Shown here: positions 9,543 through 19,564 of the stretch, piece by piece
Layout: each line of letters opens with the position of its first letter
Position numbering within the stretch: position 1 is the stretch's first letter
Source of the DNA: an uncultured Candidatus Saccharibacteria bacterium
Lineage (GTDB): Bacteria > Patescibacteriota > WWE3 > UBA101185 > UBA10185
NCBI GenBank assembly: GCA_964615625.1
Contig: CAZTQT010000001.1
Location: 12,438 to 76,437 of the forward strand
Direction of reading: 5' to 3'
Length of the DNA: 64,000 nt
Notes under the pieces: model-generated
What the model was told of the DNA's origin: nothing
The model's input: only the letters and a program-made list of their open reading frames with translations
The model's database searches: none
Translations under genes and position numbers: made by a program

Positions 9543-11447
9543 TTATTCTACTATTTCACCTTCTACAGGGTCGTTTTTATCTTCCTCAGAGTCCTTTTTC
9601 TGATTCTCTGAACCTTCTTTATTTTCAGTACTGCTACTTGTAGATTCAGGACCACCTTGTTTGTACAAGTGTTCTCCTATTTTTTGCAATGAGCTGGATA
9701 GTTCTTGGGTTTTTTGTTTCAAGACATCAGAGCTGTCTGTTTGCAGACCATCTCTTATATTTTTGACCTTTTCTTCTATATCTTTTTTAACATCCTCTGG
9801 AACTTTATCTCCAGCATCTTTGAGAGATTTCTCTGCGGTATAACAAAGACCGTCAGCTAGATTTCTTGCCTCAACCTCTTCTTTTTTCTTTTTATCCTCG
9901 TCGGCATGCATTTCTGATTCTTTTACCATTTTTTCTACTTCTTCTTTTGACAACCCTGTACCTCCTTGAATAGTAATCCTCTGTTCTTTACCTGTAGCTT
10001 TATCTTTTGCTGTTACGTTTAAAATTCCACTTGCATCTATATCAAACGTAACCTCAATTTGAGGCAACCCTCTTGGAGCGGGAGCAATTCCGTCAAGCAT
10101 AAATCTTCCTAAAGATTTGTTATCTGCCGCCATTTCTCTCTCACCTTGCAAAACATTAATCTCAACACTTGTTTGATTGTCTGCTGCAGTAGAGAACACC
10201 TGACTTTTTTGAGTAGGTATTGTGGTATTTCTGTTTATCAAAGGTGTTGAAACTGCACCAAGTGTCTCTATTCCAAGCGTTAATGGTGTGACATCAAGCA
10301 ATAAGACGTCTTTTACATCTCCTGACAGAACACCACCTTGTATACCAGCACCAAGTGCGACTACCTCATCAGGGTTTATGCTTTTGTTTGGTTCTTTACC
10401 AAAAAACTCTTTAACTGTTTGGGTTACTTTTGGCATTCTTGTCATTCCCCCAACTAATACCACTTCATCAATGTCTTCCTTCTTTAAGCCAGAGTCCTTA
10501 AGAGCGTTTTCCATAGGGAGTTTTGTTCTTTGTATTAAATCGTCAACCAGTTGCTCAAGTTTTGCTCTAGTTAGTTTTATGTTTAAGTGTTTAGGTCCCG
10601 AACTGTCTGCTGTAATAAATGGTATGTTTATTTCTGTTTCCATTGTTGATGAAAGCTCAATCTTGGCTTTTTCTGCTGCGTCCTTAAGCCGTTGCATTGC
10701 TTGTCTATCCTTTGATATATCAACACCGTTTTCCTTCTTAAACTCTTCCAATAACCAATCTATAACTTTCTGGTCAAAATCATCACCACCAAGATAGGTA
10801 TCTCCGTTTGTTGCTTTAACTTCAAACACCCCATCCCCTATTTCAAGAATTGATACATCAAAAGTACCGCCACCAAGGTCATAAACTACTATTTTTTCAT
10901 TTTTCTTTTTGTCTAATCCGTAAGCTAGTGAAGACGCAGTAGGTTCGTTTATTATTCTATCTACCTCAAAACCTGCTATTTGACCAGCTTCTTTTGTTGC
11001 AGTTCTTTGAGAGTCATTGAAGTATGCAGGTACAGTAATTATCGCTTTTGTTACTTTTTCACCCAAGAAAGCCTCCGCATCAGCCTTCATTTTAGACAGT
11101 ATTTTTGCAGATATTTCTTGAGGTGTATAAATTTTGCCTTCTACTTCAACACAAGCAAGGCCGTTTTTCCCTTCTACAATTTCGTATGGGTAACTATCCT
11201 TTATTTTTTGTATATCAGGATCATCATACCTCCTACCCACCAATCTCTTAATAGAGAATACAGTGTTTTTTGGGTTCACAACTTGCTGTCTTTTAGCGGG
11301 TATGCCCACGATATTTTGATCAGGAACAACTATGGATGGAGTAGTGTTAGAACCTTCTGCGTTTGGTATTACTTTTGCAGAACCACCTTCCATGACGGAC
11401 ATACAACTATTTGTAGTTCCTAAATCTATTCCTATTATTTTAGACAT
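9543..11447 (-). CDS. dnaK: Chaperone DnaK (Hsp70)
   Basis: [19 protein letters not shown], full-length 634 aa. Confidence 0.95.
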   Translation of the reverse strand: MSKIIGIDLGTTNSCMSVMEGGSAKVIPNAEGSNTTPSIVVPDQNIVGIPAKRQQVVNPKNTVFSIKRLVGRRYDDPDIQKIKDSYPYEIVEGKNGLACVEVEGKIYTPQEISAKILSKMKADAEAFLGEKVTKAIITVPAYFNDSQRTATKEAGQIAGFEVDRIINEPTASSLAYGLDKKKNEKIVVYDLGGGTFDVSILEIGDGVFEVKATNGDTYLGGDDFDQKVIDWLLEEFKKENGVDISKDRQAMQRLKDAAEKAKIELSSTMETEINIPFITADSSGPKHLNIKLTRAKLEQLVDDLIQRTKLPMENALKDSGLKKEDIDEVVLVGGMTRMPKVTQTVKEFFGKEPNKSINPDEVVALGAGIQGGVLSGDVKDVLLLDVTPLTLGIETLGAVSTPLINRNTTIPTQKSQVFSTAADNQTSVEINVLQGEREMAADNKSLGRFMLDGIAPAPRGLPQIEVTFDIDASGILNVTAKDKATGKEQRITIQGGTGLSKEEVEKMVKESEMHADEDKKKKEEVEARNLADGLCYTAEKSLKDAGDKVPEDVKKDIEEKVKNIRDGLQTDSSDVLKQKTQELSSSLQKIGEHLYKQGGPESTSSSTENKEGSENQKKDSEEDKNDPVEGEIVE

Positions 11448-11455
11448 GTTTCCTC

Positions 11456-11917
11456 CTATTCTTGGCCAACAACCACTTTGGCTGGCCTTAATAAATTTCC
11501 ATTTAATAAATAACCTTTTTGGTATATTTCTAAAACTTTATTTTTTTCGCCTTTTTTTAATTCCATGGCTTCCATGGTGTTGTGGTCAAAATCTTTTCCT
11601 AAAGCATCTACTTCCTCTACACCCATGTTTTTTAATGTGTTTTTTAAATCTTTTATAACTAGCTTCAAACCTTCATCGTTTGTGTGGTCTTCAAGTCTTT
11701 CTAAGTTATCAAAAAATGGTAAGAATTCTTTAATAACCTGGCTTTTTGTAAAATGCATGTAATTGGTTTTTTCTTCTGCAGTTCTTTTTTCAAGATTTTT
11801 ATAATCGGCAACAGCTCTTTTCCAATTGTTTTCTAAGGACACTATTTTTGTTTCCAACTCCTTAATTTGCATATCTATATCGTCTTTTGATTTTTTCATG
11901 GATTTATCTTCCTTCAT
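11456..11917 (-). CDS. grpE: Nucleotide exchange factor GrpE
   Basis: Position between hrcA and dnaK; coiled-coil N-terminus; C-terminal [17 protein letters not shown]. Confidence 0.85.
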   Translation of the reverse strand: MKEDKSMKKSKDDIDMQIKELETKIVSLENNWKRAVADYKNLEKRTAEEKTNYMHFTKSQVIKEFLPFFDNLERLEDHTNDEGLKLVIKDLKNTLKNMGVEEVDALGKDFDHNTMEAMELKKGEKNKVLEIYQKGYLLNGNLLRPAKVVVGQE

Positions 11918-11940
11918 GGCAGTTGTTTAAGTTGTTTGTG

Positions 11941-12663
11941 TTACCAGGATCCTCCTAATTCCTCTAATATCTTCTTAGTATATTTTATGATCGGGATTAT
12001 TTTTGAATAGTTTATTCTTGCAGGACCAAGAATGGCTATATTCCCCGATTTTTCTCCTACCCTTAAAGGACAAAATACTATTGCGCTTTTACTTAGGTTT
12101 TCTACTGGGATCTCGTCTCCAATTAGTGTGTACACGTCTTGTCCAGGTAAAATACTTTGAAATATTTTATTTAATGTTCCGTAATCATCCAATATTCTTA
12201 ATGTTGCTTTTGCAACATCTATATCCCAAAATTCTTTGTATTCCAAAACATTGACCGCTCCAGAGTAGGTGACAAACCCATCATCTGTGGTGGCTATAGA
12301 TAAACAATCAGTCGCCTCAGACAGTGCTAAAGTCGTTTCTCTTAGTAATTTTTCAAATTCAAATCTATTTGACCAAAGCCTTTGCTTTAATGCTACTTCT
12401 TGAAGAACAGGTATTTCTTCTTCTTCCATCAGATCCTCAATGTATAGTCTGTAAGCCATTTTTGTAGGAACCCTCCCAGAAGAAGTGTGTAACATTTCCA
12501 AAAAACCCAAATCTATGAGTTTTGCCATCTCGTTTCTAACTGTGGCGGCGGAACATCTTAAATTATGGTTTTTAACTATTTCTACAGAGCCAACAGGTTC
12601 TGCAGTATCAATATATTCGCTTATTATTGCTTGGAGCAATTCTATTTGTCTGTCCGTAAGCAT
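11941..12663 (-). CDS. hrcA: Heat-inducible repressor HrcA (short form)
   Basis: N-terminal wHTH MLTDRQIELLQAIISEYIDTAEPVGS; position upstream of grpE-dnaK. Confidence 0.8.
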   Translation of the reverse strand: MLTDRQIELLQAIISEYIDTAEPVGSVEIVKNHNLRCSAATVRNEMAKLIDLGFLEMLHTSSGRVPTKMAYRLYIEDLMEEEEIPVLQEVALKQRLWSNRFEFEKLLRETTLALSEATDCLSIATTDDGFVTYSGAVNVLEYKEFWDIDVAKATLRILDDYGTLNKIFQSILPGQDVYTLIGDEIPVENLSKSAIVFCPLRVGEKSGNIAILGPARINYSKIIPIIKYTKKILEELGGSW

Positions 12664-12664
12664 A

Positions 12665-12691
12665 TTATCAGTAATATATCACGAGTGCTAA
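12665..12691. promoter_or_regulatory. Degenerate CIRCE-like inverted repeat upstream of hrcA
   Basis: TTAtCAgTa-N9-GAGTGCTAA versus consensus TTAGCACTC-N9-GAGTGCTAA (right half perfect, left half 6/9). Confidence 0.35.
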
Positions 12692-12712
12692 AAGTGTCAA
12701 GAGCATTTTCAA

Positions 12713-13138
12713 TTGCATTTTTATATAGGTCATAGTAGAATCCCTTACAAATCTAACAAAATGAAGGAGAAAAGGATGTGTAAAAAGCCTAATTTAGAGA
12801 ATGTGTCGTGTGCGAAATCACTATCTCTTAGAATAAGAGATTCTTGGATTGCTGATCTTAAAGAATCCTCAATATCTTATGTGCAGCGCGAAGAAAAGCT
12901 AAATATCCAAGAGAAAACTGAAGAACAAAAACACTACGCGCTTCAGCTTATGGCTTCACGGATGTATTATAAGTTGTTGAGTGATGGTTATCATAAAGAG
13001 AACTTTTTGTCAGAAGAGACAATAAAAGACCTTTGTCTTACTTTTGTGAAAGTATTTCTTAAGACACTTGAAATAGCGGAAGCTACACTGTTTGTGGAGC
13101 AGGAGATTGTGAGCTTACTGAATGAAAATAGCTTTTGA
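12713..13138 (+). CDS. Hypothetical protein (likely start at ATG 12776 after GGAG)
   Basis: ORF with an SD-like aaggag upstream of the internal Met. Confidence 0.35.
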   Translation: MHFYIGHSRIPYKSNKMKEKRMCKKPNLENVSCAKSLSLRIRDSWIADLKESSISYVQREEKLNIQEKTEEQKHYALQLMASRMYYKLLSDGYHKENFLSEETIKDLCLTFVKVFLKTLEIAEATLFVEQEIVSLLNENSF

Positions 13139-13202
13139 TTAAGAGAAAATAAACGAGTTAGTACAGCATTAGGGGCTACTGATACCATTTATATTGGTAG
13201 CC

Positions 13203-14987
13203 CTACTTTGTGAGTATTTGCCTAAACGCTTCTTGAGGTATATCTACTTTTCCAATTCTTTTCATCCTGGCCTTCCCTTTCTTCTGTATCTCCAGTAACT
13301 TGTCTTTCCTTTCTCTGTGCCCCCCAGACATTTTAGCTAAGACATTTTTTCTTAATGCGGGGATATCCTCTCTTGCAAGTATTTTTCCACCTACTGCAGC
13401 TTGCAAAGAGACAGCAAACTGCTGTTTAGGTATTATGTCTTTTAATTTTCTAATTAATGACTTTCCTATTTCTTGGGCTTTGTTTTTTAAAACGATAGTT
13501 GTTAACGGGTCAACAACCTCTCCATGTACAAGTATGTCCAACTTTACTGCATTGACACCTCTGTAATCCAAGAAATCATAATCAAGGCTAGCAAACCCAG
13601 AAGACACGCTTTTTAAGTCATCAAAAAAATTGTAAACAAGTTCTGCTAAAGGTAATTCGTATTCAAAAAAGACAGTGTTCTCGTTTGGGTATTCCATTTT
13701 TTGTAACAAGCCCCTTCTTTCGGTGCAAAGTTTTATCACCGGGCCTGAGTAGAGAGCTGGGCACACTATTTTGCACAATATCCAAGGTTCTTGTATTTCT
13801 TTGACCTTAGTAATATCTGGTAAATCTGCTGGAGAGGTTATAAACAAAGTTTCATTTTTTGTGTTTATTATTTTATATCTTACTGCGGGAGTTGTTGATA
13901 TAAGGCTAAGATTATATTCCCTTTCTAACCTTTCTTGAATTATTTCAGCATGTAGTAAACCTAAAAAACCGCATCTAAACCCAAATCCAAGAGCAGTGTT
14001 GTTCTCAGGTTCGTATGATAGGGAAGAGTCTGATAGAGACAGTTTCTCAAGAGCCTCTCTTAATTGAGATGATTTTGAATTATCTATTGGATAGATAGAG
14101 ACAAACACGAAGGGTTTAATTTCCTTGTAACCAGGAAGTGGTCCAGACAAACTATCTTCTTCGAGAACGACCGTATCACCAACCTTAACTGCTTTTATAT
14201 CTTTCAACCCTGTTGCTATGTAACCAACCTCTCCTGTTGATATTTTTCCTGTTTTTACCCTTTTCATTTTTATGTACCCAATTTCTTCTGGAGAAGACGT
14301 TGTGTTTGTTGCCATAAACTTAAGTTTTGTGTTTTGCTTTACTTCAAAGTTACCATCAACAACCCTTACATTTGCTACGACCCCCAGATATTCATCGTAA
14401 TAGGAATCAAAAACAAGAGCTCTGGGGTTTGTGTTTTTTTGTCCGGAGGGGGCGGGTATATCTAATATTATTTTATTGAGAAGTTCTTCTACTCCCTGGC
14501 CTGTTTTCCCTGAAACACACAATGTGTCTCCTTTTTCTAACCCAAAGGTCTTTGATATATCATCTTTAAGTGTTTCTAAGTCTCCTGTTTGTAGATCTAC
14601 CTTATTTATAACTGGTATTATTTTTAATCCTGATTCTACAGCTTTATAAAAATTAGAAACTGTTTGGGCTTGTATACCTTGTGTTTTATCTACAAGAAGA
14701 ACAGCTCCCTCACAAGCGGCAAGAGATCTAGAAACTTCGTACGAGAAATCAACGTGTCCGGGAGTATCTATCAGGTTTAGTTGGTACCCGTTGTGTTCCA
14801 TTCTTATAGCCTTGAGTTTTATTGTTATTCCCTTTTCTCTTTCCAAATCCATTGAGTCTAGTGTTTGTTCAACAAGGTTCCTTTTATCTACTGTGTTGGT
14901 TATTTCCAACATTCTATCTGCCACAGTAGATTTACCGTGGTCTATGTGGGCTATTATGCAAAAATTTCTAATCCTTTGCTGATCCAT
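13203..14987 (-). CDS. lepA: Elongation factor 4 (LepA)
   Basis: IRNFCIIAHIDHGKST, DTPGHVDF, LepA C-terminal domain. Confidence 0.95.
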   Translation of the reverse strand: MDQQRIRNFCIIAHIDHGKSTVADRMLEITNTVDKRNLVEQTLDSMDLEREKGITIKLKAIRMEHNGYQLNLIDTPGHVDFSYEVSRSLAACEGAVLLVDKTQGIQAQTVSNFYKAVESGLKIIPVINKVDLQTGDLETLKDDISKTFGLEKGDTLCVSGKTGQGVEELLNKIILDIPAPSGQKNTNPRALVFDSYYDEYLGVVANVRVVDGNFEVKQNTKLKFMATNTTSSPEEIGYIKMKRVKTGKISTGEVGYIATGLKDIKAVKVGDTVVLEEDSLSGPLPGYKEIKPFVFVSIYPIDNSKSSQLREALEKLSLSDSSLSYEPENNTALGFGFRCGFLGLLHAEIIQERLEREYNLSLISTTPAVRYKIINTKNETLFITSPADLPDITKVKEIQEPWILCKIVCPALYSGPVIKLCTERRGLLQKMEYPNENTVFFEYELPLAELVYNFFDDLKSVSSGFASLDYDFLDYRGVNAVKLDILVHGEVVDPLTTIVLKNKAQEIGKSLIRKLKDIIPKQQFAVSLQAAVGGKILAREDIPALRKNVLAKMSGGHRERKDKLLEIQKKGKARMKRIGKVDIPQEAFRQILTK

Positions 14988-14994
14988 TAGGTGA

Positions 14995-16653
14995 TTATAC
15001 AGTTTCTTGTTCTGTTGCGGTTAAATTTACAGCTTCTGTTTTTATGTCTTGTTTTGTAATTTTTAATCTTCTAAGAAGCTTGTAAAAAAGTTCTATCTCC
15101 TCAACTTTCAATAAGTGAGTAATAAGCAGATATGTAGCCATTCCTGTTATTCCTGCTATTACAGTTAAGATTAAAAGATTTATTGTTCTTGTAGTGTCCA
15201 ACACAAAGTTATCTAAAAATTTCATCGGTAAGTAGAGTGTTACCCCCATTATGGCAGTAGACCATAGTATTTTTGTGAGAGGTATGAAAAGTTTTTTGTT
15301 GTCGAATTTTCCTACTTTTTTCCCTAAAAAAATTATGAGTAAAAAGGCATCCATGACAGAAGTTATAGTGTATGCAAGAGCTATACTCCATACACCAAGT
15401 TTTAAATTGGTGACAAAAAACACTGTTAGTAAAATATTTATAACCGCGGTTATTGTATTAATAACGACGGGGGTTTTTGTGTCCTTTAGGGCATAAAAAG
15501 CTCGGGATGTAAGATAGGCAATACTTTGTGGAAATATTGAGATGCTGAAAAAAGCTAGTGTTTGAGCAGTCCTTATTGTAGATGCCCATGGAAAGTTACT
15601 AACTCCGTACACGATCCTTATTGCTGGTACCCTTAATATTAATAGAATGGCACTAATTGGTAGTACAAGATATGATACTTGATGGAACGATGTTAAAAAA
15701 GTATTTTTAAACTTTTCCCTGTCTTCATGAGCAGCTTGTGAGGACAGTGTTGGTAGGCTTGCCGCTGCCATAGATACACCAAACAAACTTACAGGAAATG
15801 TTTGTAGTTGATCTGCAAACTTCAAATATATAGCGGAAGAAGAGGATATTAAAATAGCAAGACTATTGTTTATTGTTTGTGTAACGTTAGATATAAGAAC
15901 GTTCGTTATTCTAGCAGGTATTAATTTGAATGTATTTCTAAAATTATGATCAGAAAAGTTGATGATGGGGGAGTATTTAAATTTGGTTTTTTTTGCAAGA
16001 GGGAGCTGTACAGAAAAGTGGAGAATAGATCCTATAAGTACTCCCACCGCTGCCCCGTATATTCCAAACCTATTAGATAAAAATACAATTCCTAATATCA
16101 TACCTATGTTATAGAAAACAGGTGCAAGGGCGGGGATAATAAAATATTTAAATGATTGAAGAACACTTGTTAAAAGGCTCCCCAGAACTAAAAATATTTG
16201 TGAAACAAGCATTATTCTCATTATGTTAGATCCAAGATTTATTTCTTCTTTTGAGAACGTTCCTACGGATAAAAGCTTTATTATGGTTGGAGACATAAAA
16301 AATATTACTGTTCCCACTAGTATAAAAAATAAAAGAGTAAAGTTTATTATTGAGGATGCTGTCTTGTATGCTTCTCCCTCATCTTTTTTTAACAACCCTG
16401 TGAAAACAGGTATAAATACAGTTGATATAGCACCAAGTATAAGTATTGAGTACATTAAGTTTGGTATTTTGTCAGCTGTGTAAAAGATAGTTAATTCTCT
16501 AGATACACTAAAATATTTAGCTAATAGACGTGTTTTAATTAGTCCTAGAATAGAACTAAAACCACTGGCCAGACCAAGTATTACTGCGGCTGAAAGTATA
16601 GTGTTTTGTGCTTTGAATAAAAAGCCGTTTGTATTTTTATTTTCTATTTTCAT
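14995..16653 (-). CDS. murJ: Lipid II flippase MurJ/MviN
   Basis: 552 aa, ~14 TM helices, MurJ N-terminal pattern LSAAVILGLASGFSSILGLIKTRLLAKYF. Confidence 0.8.
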   Translation of the reverse strand: MKIENKNTNGFLFKAQNTILSAAVILGLASGFSSILGLIKTRLLAKYFSVSRELTIFYTADKIPNLMYSILILGAISTVFIPVFTGLLKKDEGEAYKTASSIINFTLLFFILVGTVIFFMSPTIIKLLSVGTFSKEEINLGSNIMRIMLVSQIFLVLGSLLTSVLQSFKYFIIPALAPVFYNIGMILGIVFLSNRFGIYGAAVGVLIGSILHFSVQLPLAKKTKFKYSPIINFSDHNFRNTFKLIPARITNVLISNVTQTINNSLAILISSSSAIYLKFADQLQTFPVSLFGVSMAAASLPTLSSQAAHEDREKFKNTFLTSFHQVSYLVLPISAILLILRVPAIRIVYGVSNFPWASTIRTAQTLAFFSISIFPQSIAYLTSRAFYALKDTKTPVVINTITAVINILLTVFFVTNLKLGVWSIALAYTITSVMDAFLLIIFLGKKVGKFDNKKLFIPLTKILWSTAIMGVTLYLPMKFLDNFVLDTTRTINLLILTVIAGITGMATYLLITHLLKVEEIELFYKLLRRLKITKQDIKTEAVNLTATEQETV

Positions 16654-16693
16654 TTCCCTTATTATTTAATGTACTTTTTACTTTGGCGTAGTT

Positions 16694-17041
16694 ATGATAT
16701 TATACAACCCGATTATGGCAAATACTAAGTCAGCAAAAAAGAATATTAGATCTTCGGCTAGAAAGAAAGCCCACAATGATAGGTGGGAGATGAAATATAA
16801 GTCCGCGAGAAAGTCTTTGTCCAAAGCTATAGCAGCTAAAGAGAAGGATTCGTTAAAGGAAAAATTTGTTTTATTGCAGAAATACTTAGATAAAGCTTCT
16901 AAAGAAAAAACTATTCATAAAAATAAAGCAAATAGGGTAAAATCTATATATGCTAGAAAAGTTGCTGCCCTCAATCTTCAAGAAGAAAGCGGAAAAGAGT
17001 CCGCAGTCTCAAAGCGTTCCTCAGGAAAAAAGACCAAGTAA
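16694..17041 (+). CDS. rpsT: 30S ribosomal protein S20 with a Lys/Ser-rich C-terminal extension (probable start MANTKSAKK at 16715)
   Basis: ANTKSAKKNIRSSARKKAHNDRW is the classic S20 N-terminus. Confidence 0.8.
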   Translation: MILYNPIMANTKSAKKNIRSSARKKAHNDRWEMKYKSARKSLSKAIAAKEKDSLKEKFVLLQKYLDKASKEKTIHKNKANRVKSIYARKVAALNLQEESGKESAVSKRSSGKKTK

Positions 17042-17582
17042 TGCTGATGACTCCTTTGATGAGGGTTTTAATTTAATACCTTTTTCTCAAACTAATATCA
17101 TATCTCCGAGCTATGCAGGTCCTGTGATAAAGTGGGTTAGAAAATCAATAGTTTTTGTTAGTGTTGTTTTTGTTGTCGTTTTATTATTAAATTTCGCTCT
17201 TTCTTATGTTGTTAACTATCAAAAACGTTGGCAGGACAAACTAGTATCCGAAATGAGTCTTTATGATGACATAGAGATTCGGGCAAAAAATATAGATGAA
17301 AAAATAGTTGCTTATAAGGACTTTTTAGGTAGTAGAAAGCTTCTCTTAGATAAATTCAAATATATTTTAGAAAAAAGAGGAGATTATGTAGAGATTAAAA
17401 ATCTTGATATGGATTATTACGGATTTACAATGAATTTTTCCGTTAAAGATGCCGTTTCTTTTACCAAATTTATTACAGCATGTGTAGAGGGTGGTATGGT
17501 TTCAGATATAACAATTCAGTCTGCGACTATGAGTACCGAAAAAGATGCTTTTAACGTGTCAATTCACGGAGGTTTTAAATAA
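16950..17582 (+). CDS. PilN-like bitopic membrane protein (start uncertain; the ATG-defined ORF overlaps rpsT by 92 nt)
   Basis: Short cytoplasmic segment, TM helix IVFVSVVFVVVLLLNFAL, coiled-coil, C-terminal alpha/beta domain; immediately upstream of a PilO-like gene. Confidence 0.45.
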   Translation: MLEKLLPSIFKKKAEKSPQSQSVPQEKRPSNADDSFDEGFNLIPFSQTNIISPSYAGPVIKWVRKSIVFVSVVFVVVLLLNFALSYVVNYQKRWQDKLVSEMSLYDDIEIRAKNIDEKIVAYKDFLGSRKLLLDKFKYILEKRGDYVEIKNLDMDYYGFTMNFSVKDAVSFTKFITACVEGGMVSDITIQSATMSTEKDAFNVSIHGGFK

Positions 17583-18124
17583 TGGAAAACATTTTAAACT
17601 CACTAAAAAGGATTTTTTCAAACGAAGTCACTGCTGCTAAAATATATGTAGTTTGGGGAGTTTTAGTTTTGGTTGTCTTTGGTTTCTTGGGTCTTTATCC
17701 TGTGACAAAAATACTGATTTCAAACTTTTCCCTTGTAGACAGTTTGTATAAAAGTAATATTTCCATGGAAGAAAACTTAAAAAAATTAAAAGAAATAAAA
17801 GAAAAGGTAGATTACGTAGAAGAGGACATCTATTTATTGGAGAATTTTGTTCCTACAGAATTTAGATCTCAAAACTATCTTGTGGAAATGTCTGCTATAT
17901 CTGGAGAGAGTGGTTATTTTATGGATAAATTAAATTTTGGTGAGAATAAAGATTCTAGTGTCGTATTGAGTCTTAATTTAGTAGGAAAGGGCGATCCGAT
18001 TAACATGATAAGTAGGTTAGAGAGTTCTGCTAAATTAAATGAGATAGAGCTGATTAGATATTCAGTTGGAGAAGTAACTGACATGTTAAATATACAAATA
18101 AGATCTTTCATAATGGACAAATAA
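17582..18124 (+). CDS. PilO-like bitopic membrane protein
   Basis: TM helix IYVVWGVLVLVVFGFLGL, coiled-coil ENLKKLKEIKEKVDYVEEDIY, periplasmic-type domain; ATGA overlap with the upstream gene. Confidence 0.5.
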   Translation: MENILNSLKRIFSNEVTAAKIYVVWGVLVLVVFGFLGLYPVTKILISNFSLVDSLYKSNISMEENLKKLKEIKEKVDYVEEDIYLLENFVPTEFRSQNYLVEMSAISGESGYFMDKLNFGENKDSSVVLSLNLVGKGDPINMISRLESSAKLNEIELIRYSVGEVTDMLNIQIRSFIMDK

Positions 18125-18315
18125 TGAAAAATTTATTTATAACTGTAGCCATATTTTTATTAACATTACTTATCTGGTTGGCTGTTGGTATGAAAAAACT
18201 AGACAAAGACTTTTTTCTTTCAAATTCAGTACTTGACAGAGCGATACCTTTGAATGTTAATATTGATATAGATTTCTTTAATAAGTTAAAGAACCCTGCC
18301 TATGAAAACAAATAA
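18124..18315 (+). CDS. Small membrane protein
   Basis: 63-aa ORF with an N-terminal TM helix, start-stop coupled. Confidence 0.3.
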   Translation: MKNLFITVAIFLLTLLIWLAVGMKKLDKDFFLSNSVLDRAIPLNVNIDIDFFNKLKNPAYENK

Positions 18316-18814
18316 TAATAGTTACAGTATAAAATCTCAGCAGACTAAAGGTCTTAGTACTTTTATTTTGACCTTGTCTATATCTCTTATAATTTTCAGC
18401 GCTGCGTATTACCTCATGACTTATAAATCCAACCAGCTTGAGAATTCTTCAGATCCTTCAATATCAAACGTTTTTGTAAAGGAAGAGGAGTCAAGTAATC
18501 CTGTAACGGATGCTTCAAGTGATACTTCTAAGGATAAAACTGTTTTTGGTTCTATTGCTAGTGCTAAACCAAACACTGAGTACAGACAAGTTTTGTCTGG
18601 ATCAGACGCTGTTCCTTCAGGTACTTATGTTAGTGATGCTTCTACAGCTCCACAGACAACTACTAGTGCGAGTCTTGAGACAGGTGTAACGAGTGTAACT
18701 GTTGGTTTGGTTTTATCTCTTGTACTTTTTGCTTTTACCATGGTTTTTGTTTATAAAGACCCTAGAAAAATAGCTTTAAGTACGTTTGAGAGAAATGCAT
18801 CCAAGGGTTTATAA
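18302..18814 (+). CDS. Surface protein with an N-terminal signal anchor and a C-terminal sorting-signal-like tail. The tail has the motif SLETG, a hydrophobic helix and a basic tail.
   Basis: SLETG (18671-18685), followed by VTVGLVLSLVLFAFTMVFV and YKDPRK; Thr/Ser-rich middle. Confidence 0.5.
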   Translation: MKTNNNSYSIKSQQTKGLSTFILTLSISLIIFSAAYYLMTYKSNQLENSSDPSISNVFVKEEESSNPVTDASSDTSKDKTVFGSIASAKPNTEYRQVLSGSDAVPSGTYVSDASTAPQTTTSASLETGVTSVTVGLVLSLVLFAFTMVFVYKDPRKIALSTFERNASKGL

Positions 18815-18830
18815 GTTAAATCCTTAACCT

Positions 18831-19562
18831 TTAATCATCCAAAGAAGCTCTTATTAGCAGTCTGTTGGTTTTTGTTCCTGCAGGCCAGCAAGTCATAAGA
18901 CTTATTGTAGAGGTATTTAAATACGCTGGTTTCCATCCGGACAGTGGAAATACATCAGACGGTTTTAAAACATTTTTATCTTCAACAGTATATGTTAATT
19001 CTCTGTTGTTGTATTTTATAAAGACTTTATCACCTTTTTCTAAGTCTCCAAGTGTTGAGAATATAGTTTTGTAATTTTTGGGGTTAAAAAACCAAGGTAA
19101 AACGGAATGACCATATATGAAAGAATCTCCTATTTTACCTGGTAATGCCGAGCCTTTGTAGTGACCTATGAATTCATCTGGGCTGGGCCCATCATACTCG
19201 CTCTTAACTAGTGCATTTTTTATACCAAGCTTTGGTATTGTTATATTAAAGTATTCTGGAATATCGTTTTCTTCTTTTGGAATTTCCCCACCTTTGTTCT
19301 CAAGTTCCTTAAAAGTGAAGTCCTTAAACCCTGTGGCTAGGCCAAGTACTGTTTGTTCCATGGGTTTTACAACTGTGTCTTGAGTTTTAAAATATACCAA
19401 CGGGAGTATCACTTGCGTTCCAAGGATTAGAAACCCTAGGGACATTAAAAGTCCGGATAATATTCTTGTTTTAAACAAGAATCGGTAGTTTACCGAGCTG
19501 TATATAGGATCAAAGGACTTGTCTTTTATGTAAATTTTTTTACTGTTTTTGTTAGAAGGCAT
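18831..19562 (-). CDS. Sortase family transpeptidase
   Basis: N-terminal TM anchor; catalytic-Cys motif TISLMTCWP (TLxTC-type); conserved His in GHYKG; Arg near the C-terminus. Confidence 0.75.
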   Translation of the reverse strand: MPSNKNSKKIYIKDKSFDPIYSSVNYRFLFKTRILSGLLMSLGFLILGTQVILPLVYFKTQDTVVKPMEQTVLGLATGFKDFTFKELENKGGEIPKEENDIPEYFNITIPKLGIKNALVKSEYDGPSPDEFIGHYKGSALPGKIGDSFIYGHSVLPWFFNPKNYKTIFSTLGDLEKGDKVFIKYNNRELTYTVEDKNVLKPSDVFPLSGWKPAYLNTSTISLMTCWPAGTKTNRLLIRASLDD

Positions 19563-19564
19563 TA

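Noticed and set aside
9661-11658. Several plus-strand ORFs (60-191 aa) across dnaK and grpE
   Set aside because: They are antisense to strongly conserved dnaK and grpE frames, and they are Ser/Phe/Leu-rich, which is typical of shadow ORFs.
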